Of a stretch of DNA of 64,000 nt, positions 47,001-56,267 are shown one piece after another (the first letter of the stretch is position 1; every line of letters begins with the position of its first letter). The position numbers and the translations under genes are program-made. This stretch comes from Phototrophicaceae bacterium (GTDB lineage: Bacteria > Chloroflexota > Anaerolineae > Aggregatilineales > Phototrophicaceae). The notes under the pieces are model-generated. The model was not told where the DNA came from. It saw only the letters and a program-made list of their open reading frames with translations, and made no database searches. The stretch lies in the NCBI GenBank assembly GCA_965249085.1, contig OZ252218.1, positions 501,859 to 565,858 of the forward strand, in the 5' to 3' direction.

Positions 47001-48038
47001 ATGCGCGCTTTGAAGATTATTGCTAGCCTCTTCCTTCTTTTCAGCTCGGCCATCGCCGTGCCGGCGCAAGACGACAGCGGCTTTTCATCGACGGTCAATT
47101 GGTTCTACAGCGCCTGTGAAGACCGCATGGTGATCGACTTAGAGGGCACGATGCAGTCGGGCTACGACCTCTATTTTCAAGCCTTTGATCTATTTGGCGG
47201 TCTGGGTGAGGCAATTACAGGCCTGCGACGCATCAGCGTTAATGGCGACTACTCAGTCAGTCAGGAGATCAATTGGCTGAATGGTGAATCACGAGCGCTG
47301 GGCACACCCATCAGCGTCGTCATTCGCATCGGAAGCGAGCTCGATCCGAATAGCACTCTGTTCCAGCAGCCCTCGGATGACTACCTGGGCGAGTGTGAAG
47401 AACCAGGCAGCACCTTGATTGCAGGCAGCGATGTCGCTGACGACCCGCGGATGGTTTCTTCGGCCGGGGTTTTCACGCCGGACGGCAGCATGCTTAATCC
47501 GGTTTATACGCTGCCACCTGAGCCGATCGTACAAATCGGCGCGCGTCCCAGCGTCGACATCAACGTCGAACCTGGACGGACCGCGGATCCCGGCTTGATC
47601 TTTGCTGAATGCCGCGAAGTCGAGGGCGCCGACCCCGGCGTTCTCTACGATACCGATGAACTTCGGGTATTTTGGTCCTGGTATGCCAAGACGCGCGCGC
47701 AAGTGCAAGATCACCTGCGAACATCTCAATACGCCATAAGACTGTATGGTCAGACGATTCCCAACGTCCAGGTATCCGAAATCAAACAAATACCCGGCAG
47801 TATCAACTGGTGGGTATTCTATACCGTAAACTTCGGCGCAAAATGGCAACCGGATGATTACCACATCGAATTCTCAATAGGTTGGACGGAGCCGATCACC
47901 GATGGCTACGAGGACTTCGGGCCCGGCACGCTGAACGAGCGGCTAGGCAGCGGCTGTCAGTTCACTATTCAGCCGAATCCCTGGGGCGTCGCCGTCCTGC
48001 ACGAACAGCCGTCGATACCGCTGAAGACCTATAACTAG
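47001..48038 (+). CDS. Secreted hypothetical protein
   Basis: Signal peptide MRALKIIASLFLLFSSAIAVPAQD. No domain recognised. Confidence 0.55.
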   Translation: MRALKIIASLFLLFSSAIAVPAQDDSGFSSTVNWFYSACEDRMVIDLEGTMQSGYDLYFQAFDLFGGLGEAITGLRRISVNGDYSVSQEINWLNGESRALGTPISVVIRIGSELDPNSTLFQQPSDDYLGECEEPGSTLIAGSDVADDPRMVSSAGVFTPDGSMLNPVYTLPPEPIVQIGARPSVDINVEPGRTADPGLIFAECREVEGADPGVLYDTDELRVFWSWYAKTRAQVQDHLRTSQYAIRLYGQTIPNVQVSEIKQIPGSINWWVFYTVNFGAKWQPDDYHIEFSIGWTEPITDGYEDFGPGTLNERLGSGCQFTIQPNPWGVAVLHEQPSIPLKTYN

Positions 48039-48104
48039 CCGCCGTCACTGCGGTGAGCGGCCTTAGCATCGCCAAATCCAAACGACGGAAATCGTTTCCG
48101 GCCC

Positions 48105-48812
48105 ATGCTTCAAACATACGCCAAGTCCCTGCTGGATATTGAACTAACCGCCAGGCAGATCCGTCAATTTGATGAACTGACGGATCTGCTTCTGGCATGG
48201 AATCAGCGGATGAACCTGACGGCAATCACCGATCCCGTCGAGATCGCGATCAAACACTATTTGGACTCCCTGACACTACACAAGGTGATTCAGCAATTTC
48301 AAGGCATGCGCTTGATCGACGTGGGTACAGGCGCTGGCTTTCCGGGCTTGGCGCTGGCAATCGCGTTTCCCGACTTACACGTCACATTAATGGATTCGAC
48401 CGCGAAAAAGCTGCGCTTCCTTGACCATGCGCGTGACGCCCTTCAGTTGGACAACATCCGTACCCTGCACGCCCGCGCCGAAGATGCCGGACGACACAAG
48501 GCGTATCGCGAAGCCTATGACATCGTGACCGCCCGCGCCGTTGGCAAAATGCCGGCGCTGATGGAATACACGCTGCCGCTCGCCAAGCTGGACGGGCAAG
48601 TGGTGGCGATGAAAGGCACATCCGCCTTCGAGGAAACGTCAGCAGCGGCCAAAGCAATCACGACGCTCGGCGGAGAGCTATTCACTATCGAAGAGATAAG
48701 GCTGCCGACGCTCGATAACCCGCGCTACTTAATCGTCGTTGACAAAGTGGACCCGACGCCGCGCCGCTATCCGCGCAACGCGGGCATCCCCACCCGCGAT
48801 CCAATTCTTTAA
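48105..48812 (+). CDS. rsmG: 16S rRNA (guanine527-N7)-methyltransferase
   Basis: WNQRMNLTAITDPVEIAIKHYLDSL and the SAM motif LIDVGTGAGFPGLALAI. Confidence 0.9.
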   Translation: MLQTYAKSLLDIELTARQIRQFDELTDLLLAWNQRMNLTAITDPVEIAIKHYLDSLTLHKVIQQFQGMRLIDVGTGAGFPGLALAIAFPDLHVTLMDSTAKKLRFLDHARDALQLDNIRTLHARAEDAGRHKAYREAYDIVTARAVGKMPALMEYTLPLAKLDGQVVAMKGTSAFEETSAAAKAITTLGGELFTIEEIRLPTLDNPRYLIVVDKVDPTPRRYPRNAGIPTRDPIL

Positions 48813-49261
48813 ATCGCGCGCGTTTTTACCCGAACAAAGGGATTGGTTCGGTAAGCGTCGTATCGCACCTGCGGGTCATTCTGCAGCATGTCGCGCAGGC
48901 TCAGAAGCAAGGCAGGACGGGTTATCAGGTCCCGAGCGGTATGCGGATCCGTCCAACGGACCTCCGGCGTTTCCTCGCTGGGACGCAATTCTCCACTGGC
49001 GTACGTCGCCTGAAAACAAAAGATAACAATGGATGTGCTCAGATTGCTTCGCACGTGGGCAAGCCGACCCAACTCGACCTGAATTCCGCATTCTTCAAGT
49101 ACTTCGCGCTGAAGACCGTCGGTCAATGACTCGCCCAATTCGATTTGGCCGCCCGGCAGCTCCCAGCCCCGGCGTTCGGTTCTAACCAGCGCAATCGCGC
49201 CCTTTTCGTTGCGTATTAGCGCGCTAGCGGCAACGATATGCCTGGGTGACGAATCCGGCAC
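48809..49261 (-). CDS. NUDIX hydrolase
   Basis: Nudix box GGQIELGESLTDGLQREVLEECGI. It overlaps rsmG convergently by 4 nt. Confidence 0.8.
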   Translation of the reverse strand: MPDSSPRHIVAASALIRNEKGAIALVRTERRGWELPGGQIELGESLTDGLQREVLEECGIQVELGRLAHVRSNLSTSIVIFCFQATYASGELRPSEETPEVRWTDPHTARDLITRPALLLSLRDMLQNDPQVRYDAYRTNPFVRVKTRAI

Positions 49262-49264
49262 TGC

Positions 49265-49585
49265 CTACTCCTTTCCCATGTTTTCCGGCGCATGCAGAGC
49301 AATACGATAGGGGAACCACTCGGCGCGGAAAAGCTTCTGCGCGACGCCCGGATCGCCCGCGGTTAGCTGACGCATCTGTTCATCGTCTCGCGCCTGGAAG
49401 ATAGCAATGCCGAATGCCGAGTAGTCACTGTTGAGCGTACGACCGGCCAGGATCAATACACCCTCGGCCATCAGCCGCTCTAGATAGTCAAAGTGCTCGC
49501 CGCTGATGCGCGTCTCTTCCGGCGTTGGTCCGTCCGAAAGCATCTCCGGCCGAACTGGCTGTATTCGGTAGATGTAGGTTGGCAT
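49265..49585 (-). CDS. YciI-like family protein
   Basis: MPTYIYRIQP...HFDYLERLMAEGVLILAGRT...IAIFQARDDEQMRQLTAGDPGV. ATG 49585 lies behind GAGGA. Confidence 0.65.
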   Translation of the reverse strand: MPTYIYRIQPVRPEMLSDGPTPEETRISGEHFDYLERLMAEGVLILAGRTLNSDYSAFGIAIFQARDDEQMRQLTAGDPGVAQKLFRAEWFPYRIALHAPENMGKE

Positions 49586-49803
49586 CGCATGGTCCTCATC
49601 CAATGACACTGGAATACGTTCACGAGAATACTTGAAACATTGTGGCGCGCGGAGACTCAATCGACTTCTGCAGCGTTTTGCGGGTGAATGCGGCGAGAGG
49701 CACAGAGCGAAAGACCGTCCGTGAACCGACAGGTAATCGGCTCATCTGCCGTGACGTTCATCAGCTATAATGTTCTCATCATTCGGCAAACGGCGAGGCG
49801 TAT

Positions 49804-50136
49804 ATGGCTGAGAATCAAGCCAAGAAGCGGAAAGTCAAAATCGATCTGCCCAAAGATCCCAGTGCCATCTATTCAAACATGGTCATGATCACGCATACAG
49901 CGACCGAAGTCATATTTGACTTTATGCAGGTGCTGCCAAATGACGACCGCGCGCGCATACAGAAGCGCGTCATGATGACACCGGCGCATAGCAAGCTTTT
50001 TTTGAACGCCTTGCAGGAGAACATGGCGAAGTATGAAGCCAAACATGGCGAGCTTCGTACACATCCAGGTCAAACGCTGGCGGATCAGCTTTTTGGATCA
50101 GTGCCAACCGAGCAGGAAGATGCCGACGATGAATAA
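49804..50136 (+). CDS. DUF3467 domain protein
   Basis: YSNMVMITHTATEVIFDFMQVLP...ARIQKRVMMTPAHSKLFLNAL matches the DUF3467 pattern. Confidence 0.65.
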   Translation: MAENQAKKRKVKIDLPKDPSAIYSNMVMITHTATEVIFDFMQVLPNDDRARIQKRVMMTPAHSKLFLNALQENMAKYEAKHGELRTHPGQTLADQLFGSVPTEQEDADDE

Positions 50137-50785
50137 TCTGGGAGAAATCTGCGACAGCATCCGGGCTGACCTGGAAGAGCGCAATGCAGCCCGCGACCGC
50201 GCGCTTGCGCTGTCGCGTCAATTGATACGCCACTGTTCCGAGAGCATCCGCGCCATTCACCGGCGAGATTGGGATGGCGTCAACGTCAAGCTGGCCCAGG
50301 TCAAGTCAGGTGCTGAGGAACTAAAGTCAGTGGTAAATGATTATCCCGACTTATACTACACCGGCTATACACAGGACGCGCTGAAAGAAGTCGCCGAAGC
50401 CTTTATCACCCGCGCCATTATCCACGGCGATCCCCTGCCCTCGTCAGAGGAGCTCAATATCGGCAGCGCGACCTATTTGAAGGGACTGGGTGAAGCCGCC
50501 ACGGAACTGCGCCGTTTCATCCTGGATATTATGCGGCGGGAGGACGGTCACAGTGCCGAAGCTGAACGCCTGCTGAACGCCATGGATGCGATATACGATC
50601 AACTGGTGACTTTCGACTTCCCCGATGCGCTCACCCATGGCTTGCGCCGGCAGACGGACGTCGTTAGAGGTGTGCTCGAGCGAACGCGCGGCGATCTCAC
50701 GCTAAGCCTGCGTCAGCAAAGGTTGCAGGACGCAATCAAAGGCGTCGAGAGTCGTCTTGACATTAATAGCGACGGCGGCTCCTGA
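50129..50785 (+). CDS. Translin-family protein
   Basis: YLKGLGEAATELRRFILDIMRREDG..AE.LLNAMDAIYDQLVTFDFPDALTHGLRRQTDVVRGVLERTRGDL matches the prokaryotic translin C-terminal pattern. ATG 50129 overlaps the DUF3467 gene by 8 nt. Confidence 0.6.
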   Translation: MNNLGEICDSIRADLEERNAARDRALALSRQLIRHCSESIRAIHRRDWDGVNVKLAQVKSGAEELKSVVNDYPDLYYTGYTQDALKEVAEAFITRAIIHGDPLPSSEELNIGSATYLKGLGEAATELRRFILDIMRREDGHSAEAERLLNAMDAIYDQLVTFDFPDALTHGLRRQTDVVRGVLERTRGDLTLSLRQQRLQDAIKGVESRLDINSDGGS

Positions 50786-50821
50786 GAACGGCGCCCTTAA
50801 GCTCGCGGATTCGTCGATAGA

Positions 50822-51706
50822 TTAGTCCGCCGATTTCCATTCGATCAAGGCGCCGGCCACCCAGGTCGGCCTGGGCTGGTCGTAGAGTTCGGACGCGTCT
50901 GTAAAGCTGATATCCAGCACCTCGCCTTTCATAGGTCCGCGGAGATAACGATAAACTTGACCGGTATCGCGCGCGTCGCTCTTTGCTTCGACGCAGTGCT
51001 GATTGTAGGCCCGGTAGTCACCGCGCTCAAGAATGCGCATGCCCGCTTCAATCACCGTCTGCGCATGGACCAAGCCCGCTTCATCATGATCGTAGGTCTG
51101 TTCTGGCGCGTCGCCATAGCCAATGCCATGGTGGAAGGGGTCGGCCGTACTGACGACGACCGCATCTTCCATTAAGCGACCCAACTCGTCGATGCCGGGC
51201 AAATTCTGTGGCGCGCCACCGGCTAAATAGGGATAGCGTTCGTAGACCTTCGGCGCCCTATCCGCCGAGGTGCCGCGACGCCTTAGCTCCGCCTGCCAAA
51301 AGTGACGCCAGCTGATCAGTGCGTGATCACCCATCCATTCGCGTCGGCCGTCGATTCCCGGTCCCTGTATTCCCCACAACTCGAATTGCGCCGGATCTGC
51401 CCCCTGCGCGACCGCGACCCGCGCCGTTTCCATCGCCGGCGTGAAAGCGTGCAACACACTTAATACGACGATTTTGTCTGCTCCACTGTTGAGGGCAGCG
51501 TGCACGCAGGCAGCGATCTGGTAGCCGCAGTCATGCACACCGGCGTGCGGGAAGACCAACACCCCTCCGGAATCCAGTGTGTCGGCCAATTGCCAGGCTT
51601 CACCACGTTCGAGGTGTTCAAGTGTTCCCGATTCTCCCAGCTCGGCGTGTTCCCGCGCGTACAACTCATGTACTTTCTTCTGCAAGGCGTCGCGATCCAA
51701 TTCCAT
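50822..51706 (-). CDS. Hypothetical protein, possibly Memo/AmmeMemoRadiSam-B-like
   Basis: FPHAGVHDCGYQIAA and VVVSTADPFHHGIGYG resemble the Memo PHAGY.YSG and SSDFSH.G motifs. The resemblance is weak. Confidence 0.35.
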   Translation of the reverse strand: MELDRDALQKKVHELYAREHAELGESGTLEHLERGEAWQLADTLDSGGVLVFPHAGVHDCGYQIAACVHAALNSGADKIVVLSVLHAFTPAMETARVAVAQGADPAQFELWGIQGPGIDGRREWMGDHALISWRHFWQAELRRRGTSADRAPKVYERYPYLAGGAPQNLPGIDELGRLMEDAVVVSTADPFHHGIGYGDAPEQTYDHDEAGLVHAQTVIEAGMRILERGDYRAYNQHCVEAKSDARDTGQVYRYLRGPMKGEVLDISFTDASELYDQPRPTWVAGALIEWKSAD

Positions 51707-51786
51707 GTTTCCTTTACTCCGGGCTATGTGTGCCGAATCAAGTTGTAGCGCAACGAGACGTCACCGTCAACTTTAGAAACTGTCCC

Positions 51787-51814
51787 TTGACCCATGAGTA
51801 GCCCTTTATATAAT
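51787..51814 (+). promoter_or_regulatory. Sigma70-type promoter upstream of rplJ
   Basis: TTGACC (51787-51792), a 16-nt spacer, then TATAAT (51809-51814), about 215 nt before the rplJ start. Confidence 0.5.
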
Positions 51815-52029
51815 GCGGGCTTGGCTAACCAGCCTCATAGCGACGCTAACCGCAGACAGCAGGTGGGCATCCGCCCTTAATTACCTGCCGAGGAACGCGC
51901 AAAAGCCATCATTCAGCAATGTATGTTTGGACTCTGTGGCGACCTCAGTTTACGGGTCGCTTGTCCGTTTTGTTTGGGTCAGCGCATGCCGCCACCGGTT
52001 GCAATGGCTGACGAAGAAAGGAGCGACAC

Positions 52030-52581
52030 TTGCCGGTTTCACGAGGACAAAAGGAAGAGCTTGTCGCCAGTTACGTTGACATCCTCAATGAAAGCGACGG
52101 CTTCGTCATTGTTCAAACGCAAGGGCTGAGCGTGTCTCAGATCCAGGGGTTGCGCCACGTTGTGCGGGAGCAAGAAGGCCGTTACCTGGTTGCCAAGAAC
52201 ACGCTGATGCGCAAGGCGCTGGAAAATGCCGGCTGGGTCGTACCGGAGGATCTGCTGATCGGTCCGGTGGCGATCATCTTCGGTGGAGACAATATGCCTG
52301 GCGTGTCCAAGGCCTTGCTCAAACACATTGAGGACGAAGATTTCCAAGAGAAAATGCAGGTGACCGGCGGCGTCATGGCGGGCGACATTCTGGCTGCCCA
52401 GCAGGTCGACGCCCTCTCCAAACTGCCAACGCTCGAGGAGATTCGCGCGCAGCTGGCCGGCTTGGTTATCACACCGGCGCAAGGCGTGGTCAACGTGCTT
52501 TATCAAGCGACAGGGGGAGTCGTCAACGTCCTTCAAGCGTATTTGGACAAACACGAAGAAGGCGCTGGCGTCACCGCATGA
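52030..52581 (+). CDS. rplJ: 50S ribosomal protein L10
   Basis: (M)PVSRGQKEELVASYVDILNESDGFVIVQTQGLSVSQIQGLR... with a TTG start at 52030, 7 nt after AAAGGAG. Confidence 0.9.
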   Translation: MPVSRGQKEELVASYVDILNESDGFVIVQTQGLSVSQIQGLRHVVREQEGRYLVAKNTLMRKALENAGWVVPEDLLIGPVAIIFGGDNMPGVSKALLKHIEDEDFQEKMQVTGGVMAGDILAAQQVDALSKLPTLEEIRAQLAGLVITPAQGVVNVLYQATGGVVNVLQAYLDKHEEGAGVTA

Positions 52582-52666
52582 AGCCCGCGGACGCCTAGTC
52601 CCGACGGGTGGCAATACCATCCTAATTCCATGAGAAGCGATACGATACTGAAGAAAGGGAATCACA

Positions 52667-53056
52667 ATGGCAGACCTTGACAAATTGGTAGAAGAACTCA
52701 GCGCCTTGACCATCCTGGAGGCCGCTGACCTAAAGACGAAGTTGGAAGACGCCTGGGGCGTGGAAGCAGCTGCCGGCGGCGGTATGATGATGATGGCGCC
52801 GGGAGCCGGCGGCGCAGTTGCCGACGCAGAGCCCGAAGAAGAGCAGACCGAATTCGATCTGATCCTGAAGGAAATTGGTCCCAAAAAGATCAACGTCATC
52901 AAGGCGATCCGCGGGATCACGCCGCTGGGATTGAAAGAGGCCAAGGAACTGGTCGAATCGGCCCCGGCAACCGTGCTTGAGGAAGTCAGCAAAGATATGG
53001 CGGATGACGGCAAGTCCAAGCTGGAAGAAGCGGGCGCTGTCGTCGAACTCAAGTAG
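52667..53056 (+). CDS. rplL: 50S ribosomal protein L7/L12
   Basis: [22 protein letters not shown]..., an Ala/Gly hinge, and [24 protein letters not shown]. Confidence 0.95.
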   Translation: MADLDKLVEELSALTILEAADLKTKLEDAWGVEAAAGGGMMMMAPGAGGAVADAEPEEEQTEFDLILKEIGPKKINVIKAIRGITPLGLKEAKELVESAPATVLEEVSKDMADDGKSKLEEAGAVVELK

Positions 53057-53300
53057 CCCGCAACGACCAACAATTTCCCGTTGTGGAAACGCTCGCGCAA
53101 AAAGCGCTGCAATGACACTGTAGTAGTCGCGAGCGCCGAAACCAATCAATCGAGCAGCTGGCATTATGCCGACTGCTTTTCGTACCTGGCTCCGACAATG
53201 CCGTTGTTCGATTGTGTGGGTATTTGCCAGGGTATTATGAAATTATTGCACATCAATAGATTATCGAACCGTAACATTCCAATCATGCCCGATTTGGGAA

Positions 53301-54173
53301 TTGAAGGCTATAATAGCGTTAAGTGTAGTATGCGAGTTCCCTCACGTGGCAAGCATTTCATATAGCAAGCTCCTCGATCCGGTCAGCGATAACATCACGC
53401 TGATGGAGTCCCTCTTGGTCGGCGCCACCGGACCGACTACCGGCGATCAACGCGAATGTTTCAAACGCATCCACGCCTATTCTTGGGGTCTGCATACATT
53501 GGTGATGGATGTCATCACAGCGCTCGGCTTCGAAAACGCGGCCACGCGTCCCGCTGTCCTGGAACGCTTCAATGCCCTGAACCATCCCATCAAAGCGACG
53601 CTCGACAATCTCGCGGCTGGATTCGATGGTCCCCTGAATGAGGAGCAGCAGACAATAGTCGACTATGTCATGGAATCTGTCTTGTCAATCGAGCACATGA
53701 TGGACAACTTATGGCATTATTCGCTGCTGAGACATAACAAGCTGACCTACGCTGAAGACGAATTCGACGGTTCTGTTCTCATTGGCAGGTTCCGCACAGT
53801 CTTGAACGATGTGACGTTCTCCGAATTGAATACCAATTTCTGCGTGATTGGTGACAAGGCCTGTCTCACATACGCATTTGGTGAAATCGCGCACAATATT
53901 CGGCGGCACGCCGGCGTCGAATATGTCTGTATCGCCGCGCAAGACTACGGTTATCGAAACGACATAACAATCTTAGATAGGGGACTGGGCTTTCGCCTCG
54001 ACGGTGATTCGGCCTTTCTGCCTTTCTGGCAGTCTGACGCGGCCAATCTCGGTCTTGGGCTGGGCCTGTACCTCGCCAAAACCTTCATCGAAGGCTGCGG
54101 CGGCACCTTGTCGCTCAGCAGCGAACCAAACCGAGGTACGCTGGTCAAGGTGTCGCTCGTCACCCTGCCGTAA
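53301..54173 (+). CDS. Soluble histidine-kinase-like ATPase protein with an atypical dimerisation/phosphoacceptor region
   Basis: HATPase_c boxes are present (HNIRRHAG; ILDRGLGF; GLGLGLYLAKTFIEGCGGTLSL). There is no TM and no canonical H-E-L-R-T-P box. The start is uncertain (TTG at 53301). Confidence 0.55.
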   Translation: MKAIIALSVVCEFPHVASISYSKLLDPVSDNITLMESLLVGATGPTTGDQRECFKRIHAYSWGLHTLVMDVITALGFENAATRPAVLERFNALNHPIKATLDNLAAGFDGPLNEEQQTIVDYVMESVLSIEHMMDNLWHYSLLRHNKLTYAEDEFDGSVLIGRFRTVLNDVTFSELNTNFCVIGDKACLTYAFGEIAHNIRRHAGVEYVCIAAQDYGYRNDITILDRGLGFRLDGDSAFLPFWQSDAANLGLGLGLYLAKTFIEGCGGTLSLSSEPNRGTLVKVSLVTLP

Positions 54174-54307
54174 ACCCTCAAGAAACTCAAAGCACAACTG
54201 AAGTGCGTCTGTCGTGTGTTAGCGGATTCGTCACGGGCGCCGCAAGTTCCTGCAATAGCAGAACTACGCTATAATCGCGCACAGTGCGACATACTTGGAG
54301 AATTCCC

Positions 54308-55285
54308 ATGAGCAATGCCAAGGTTTTTGCCACCCGTCAACTGCCCCAGGCGACACGCGATCGCTTGGCGAACCAATGCGAGCTGGAAGTCTGGGATGGC
54401 TTTCTGCCCCCCGACTATGAAGTCATATTAGGCAAAGTTGGCGCGCTTGACGGCTTGCTCAGCTTGCTCACCGACCGGATTGACGCGCCCCTGATGGACG
54501 CGGCGCCGAACTTAAAAGTCATCAGCAACATGGCCGTCGGTTACGACAATATTGACGTAGCCGCTGCCAGCCAGCGCGGCATCTCGGTGGGCAACACGCC
54601 CGGTGTCTTGACGGACACTACGGCCGACTTCGCTTTCGCCTTGCTGATGGCAGTCGCGCGCCGCATCCCCGAAGCAAAGCAATACATCCTGGACGGCAAA
54701 TGGCAAACCTGGCACCCCACCGTACTGTCCGGTCAAGACATTAACGGAGCAACCCTGGGCATTATCGGCTTCGGGCGAATAGGCCAAGCGGTAGCACGCC
54801 GCTCGATGGGCTTTGGCATGCGCTTGCTGGTCAACACAGAAGACAACGCGGACGACGTTCCGCAATACGGCGGGGAGAATGTCGATCTGGAGACACTGCT
54901 CCAGGAAAGCGATTTCGTCAGCCTGCACGTACCATTGACTGATGAAACGCATCATCTGATTGGCATGCAGGCGCTAGCTCTGATGAAGCCGACCGCAATA
55001 CTGATTAACACCTCCCGCGGCGGCGTCGTTGACTTGAAGGCGCTTTACGAAGCGCTAAACTTGGGGCAAATCCTCGCGGCCGGGCTCGATGTCACCGAAC
55101 CGGAACCGATTCCTCTCGACGATCCGCTGCTCACACTTGATAATTGTCTTATCGTGCCACATATCGCCAGCGCCAGTGTCGCTACCCGCACAAAGATGGC
55201 GGAGATGGCCGTGGACAATATCATCGCCGGACTCACTGGCAGACCTCTGCCAACCTGTGCCAATCCGGAGATATACAAGTCCTGA
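54308..55285 (+). CDS. D-2-hydroxyacid dehydrogenase (glyoxylate/hydroxypyruvate reductase type)
   Basis: [18 protein letters not shown] motif, the catalytic region [11 protein letters not shown], and PHIASAS. ATG 54308 lies behind GGAGAA. Confidence 0.88.
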   Translation: MSNAKVFATRQLPQATRDRLANQCELEVWDGFLPPDYEVILGKVGALDGLLSLLTDRIDAPLMDAAPNLKVISNMAVGYDNIDVAAASQRGISVGNTPGVLTDTTADFAFALLMAVARRIPEAKQYILDGKWQTWHPTVLSGQDINGATLGIIGFGRIGQAVARRSMGFGMRLLVNTEDNADDVPQYGGENVDLETLLQESDFVSLHVPLTDETHHLIGMQALALMKPTAILINTSRGGVVDLKALYEALNLGQILAAGLDVTEPEPIPLDDPLLTLDNCLIVPHIASASVATRTKMAEMAVDNIIAGLTGRPLPTCANPEIYKS

Positions 55286-55477
55286 TTTATCGGCACATTG
55301 GGGTACGATAGGCCGCGCGGGCGAAGTCAGCGCAGTTCCAGGTCCTACAGTTCTTCACAACTGAATGCCAGAAGGCAGACTCTGCATCAGCATGGGCGAG
55401 ATTCGCGTCCCTGAACATGACCGGGATTGGCGGAAAGCCGGCTATTACTTGGTATTGGTAAGTTGGCGGCTAGCCAT

Positions 55478-55506
55478 TTGATTTTGCAGTAAGTTTCTTG
55501 TACAAT
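55478..55506 (+). promoter_or_regulatory. Near-consensus sigma70 promoter about 160 nt upstream of greA
   Basis: TTGATT (55478-55483), a 17-nt spacer, then TACAAT (55501-55506). Confidence 0.55.
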
Positions 55507-55665
55507 ACTCGTTACGTTGATCAAGAGATTGAAATCAGGCGTCCTGTCCGGTGGGCAGGGCGTTTCGTCTACTTCCCGTGCCGACTTATCTGAACCCGAG
55601 GTAGACAAGACTTTTTGCTTCGGTCACCGTATACGCAGGTGATCGCGACATGAAAGGAAAACATC

Positions 55666-56154
55666 ATGGCAGAACGACGCATTCAACTTACCCGTAAAGG
55701 CTACCATACGCTTCAGCGCGAGCTTAACGTCCTCACCAGCGTAGAGAACTCGAAAGTCGCCGAGATGCTGGCGGAAGCGCGTGAGGACGACCAGGGCGAA
55801 GAAGCGGTATTCTTTGACGCTATGATTTCCAAAGAGCGGCTCGATGAACGTGTCTCCCACCTGCAGAATGTTCTTGCGCGGGCCGAGATTATCGATGCCG
55901 ACGAAGATCCGGATACCATTACACCCGGCAACCGCGTGACGGTTTATGACACCATGGAAAAAGAGGACTTCAGCCTCGACCTGCTTGATACTGAGGAGAT
56001 CACGCACGGACGCCGTGGCGTATCCCTCGATTCGCCAGTAGGAAAGGCGCTCCTGGGCAAGCAGGTCGGCGACCGCGTCAAAGTAGAAGTGCCCGACGGA
56101 GTGGTCACGTACAAGGTGCGCGAGATCGAGATGATTCCCGACGAAGATGCCTAA
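55666..56154 (+). CDS. greA: Transcription elongation factor GreA
   Basis: IQLTRKGYHTLQRELNVL... is the coiled-coil N-terminal domain. The C-terminal SLDSPVGKALLGKQVGDRVKVEVPDGVVTYKV is also GreA-like. Confidence 0.9.
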   Translation: MAERRIQLTRKGYHTLQRELNVLTSVENSKVAEMLAEAREDDQGEEAVFFDAMISKERLDERVSHLQNVLARAEIIDADEDPDTITPGNRVTVYDTMEKEDFSLDLLDTEEITHGRRGVSLDSPVGKALLGKQVGDRVKVEVPDGVVTYKVREIEMIPDEDA

Positions 56155-56179
56155 CGAGAACAAAAGACTCAGACAAATA

Positions 56180-56213
56180 GGGAGTACTGGAGTTCAGTAC
56201 CCCTTTCTTTTTT
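56180..56213 (+). terminator. Rho-independent terminator after greA
   Basis: GGGAGTACTG / CAGTACCCC stem (one bulged A) with loop GAGTT, followed by TTTCTTTTTT. Confidence 0.7.
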
Positions 56214-56267
56214 ATAAAACGTCCGATCTCCGCTTGAGGCAGCCCATCAGACGGTAAAGTTAATCCG

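Noticed and set aside
46821-47069. N-terminal extensions of track ORFs: 83 aa on the IDH-family gene, 94 aa on ssb (25283-25564), 64 aa on the LysM protein, 44 aa on the aminotransferase and 35 aa on the JAB gene.
   Set aside because: The extensions overlap neighbouring genes or promoter regions, lack homology-like sequence and lack an RBS. Internal ATGs have good Shine-Dalgarno sequences and canonical family N-termini.
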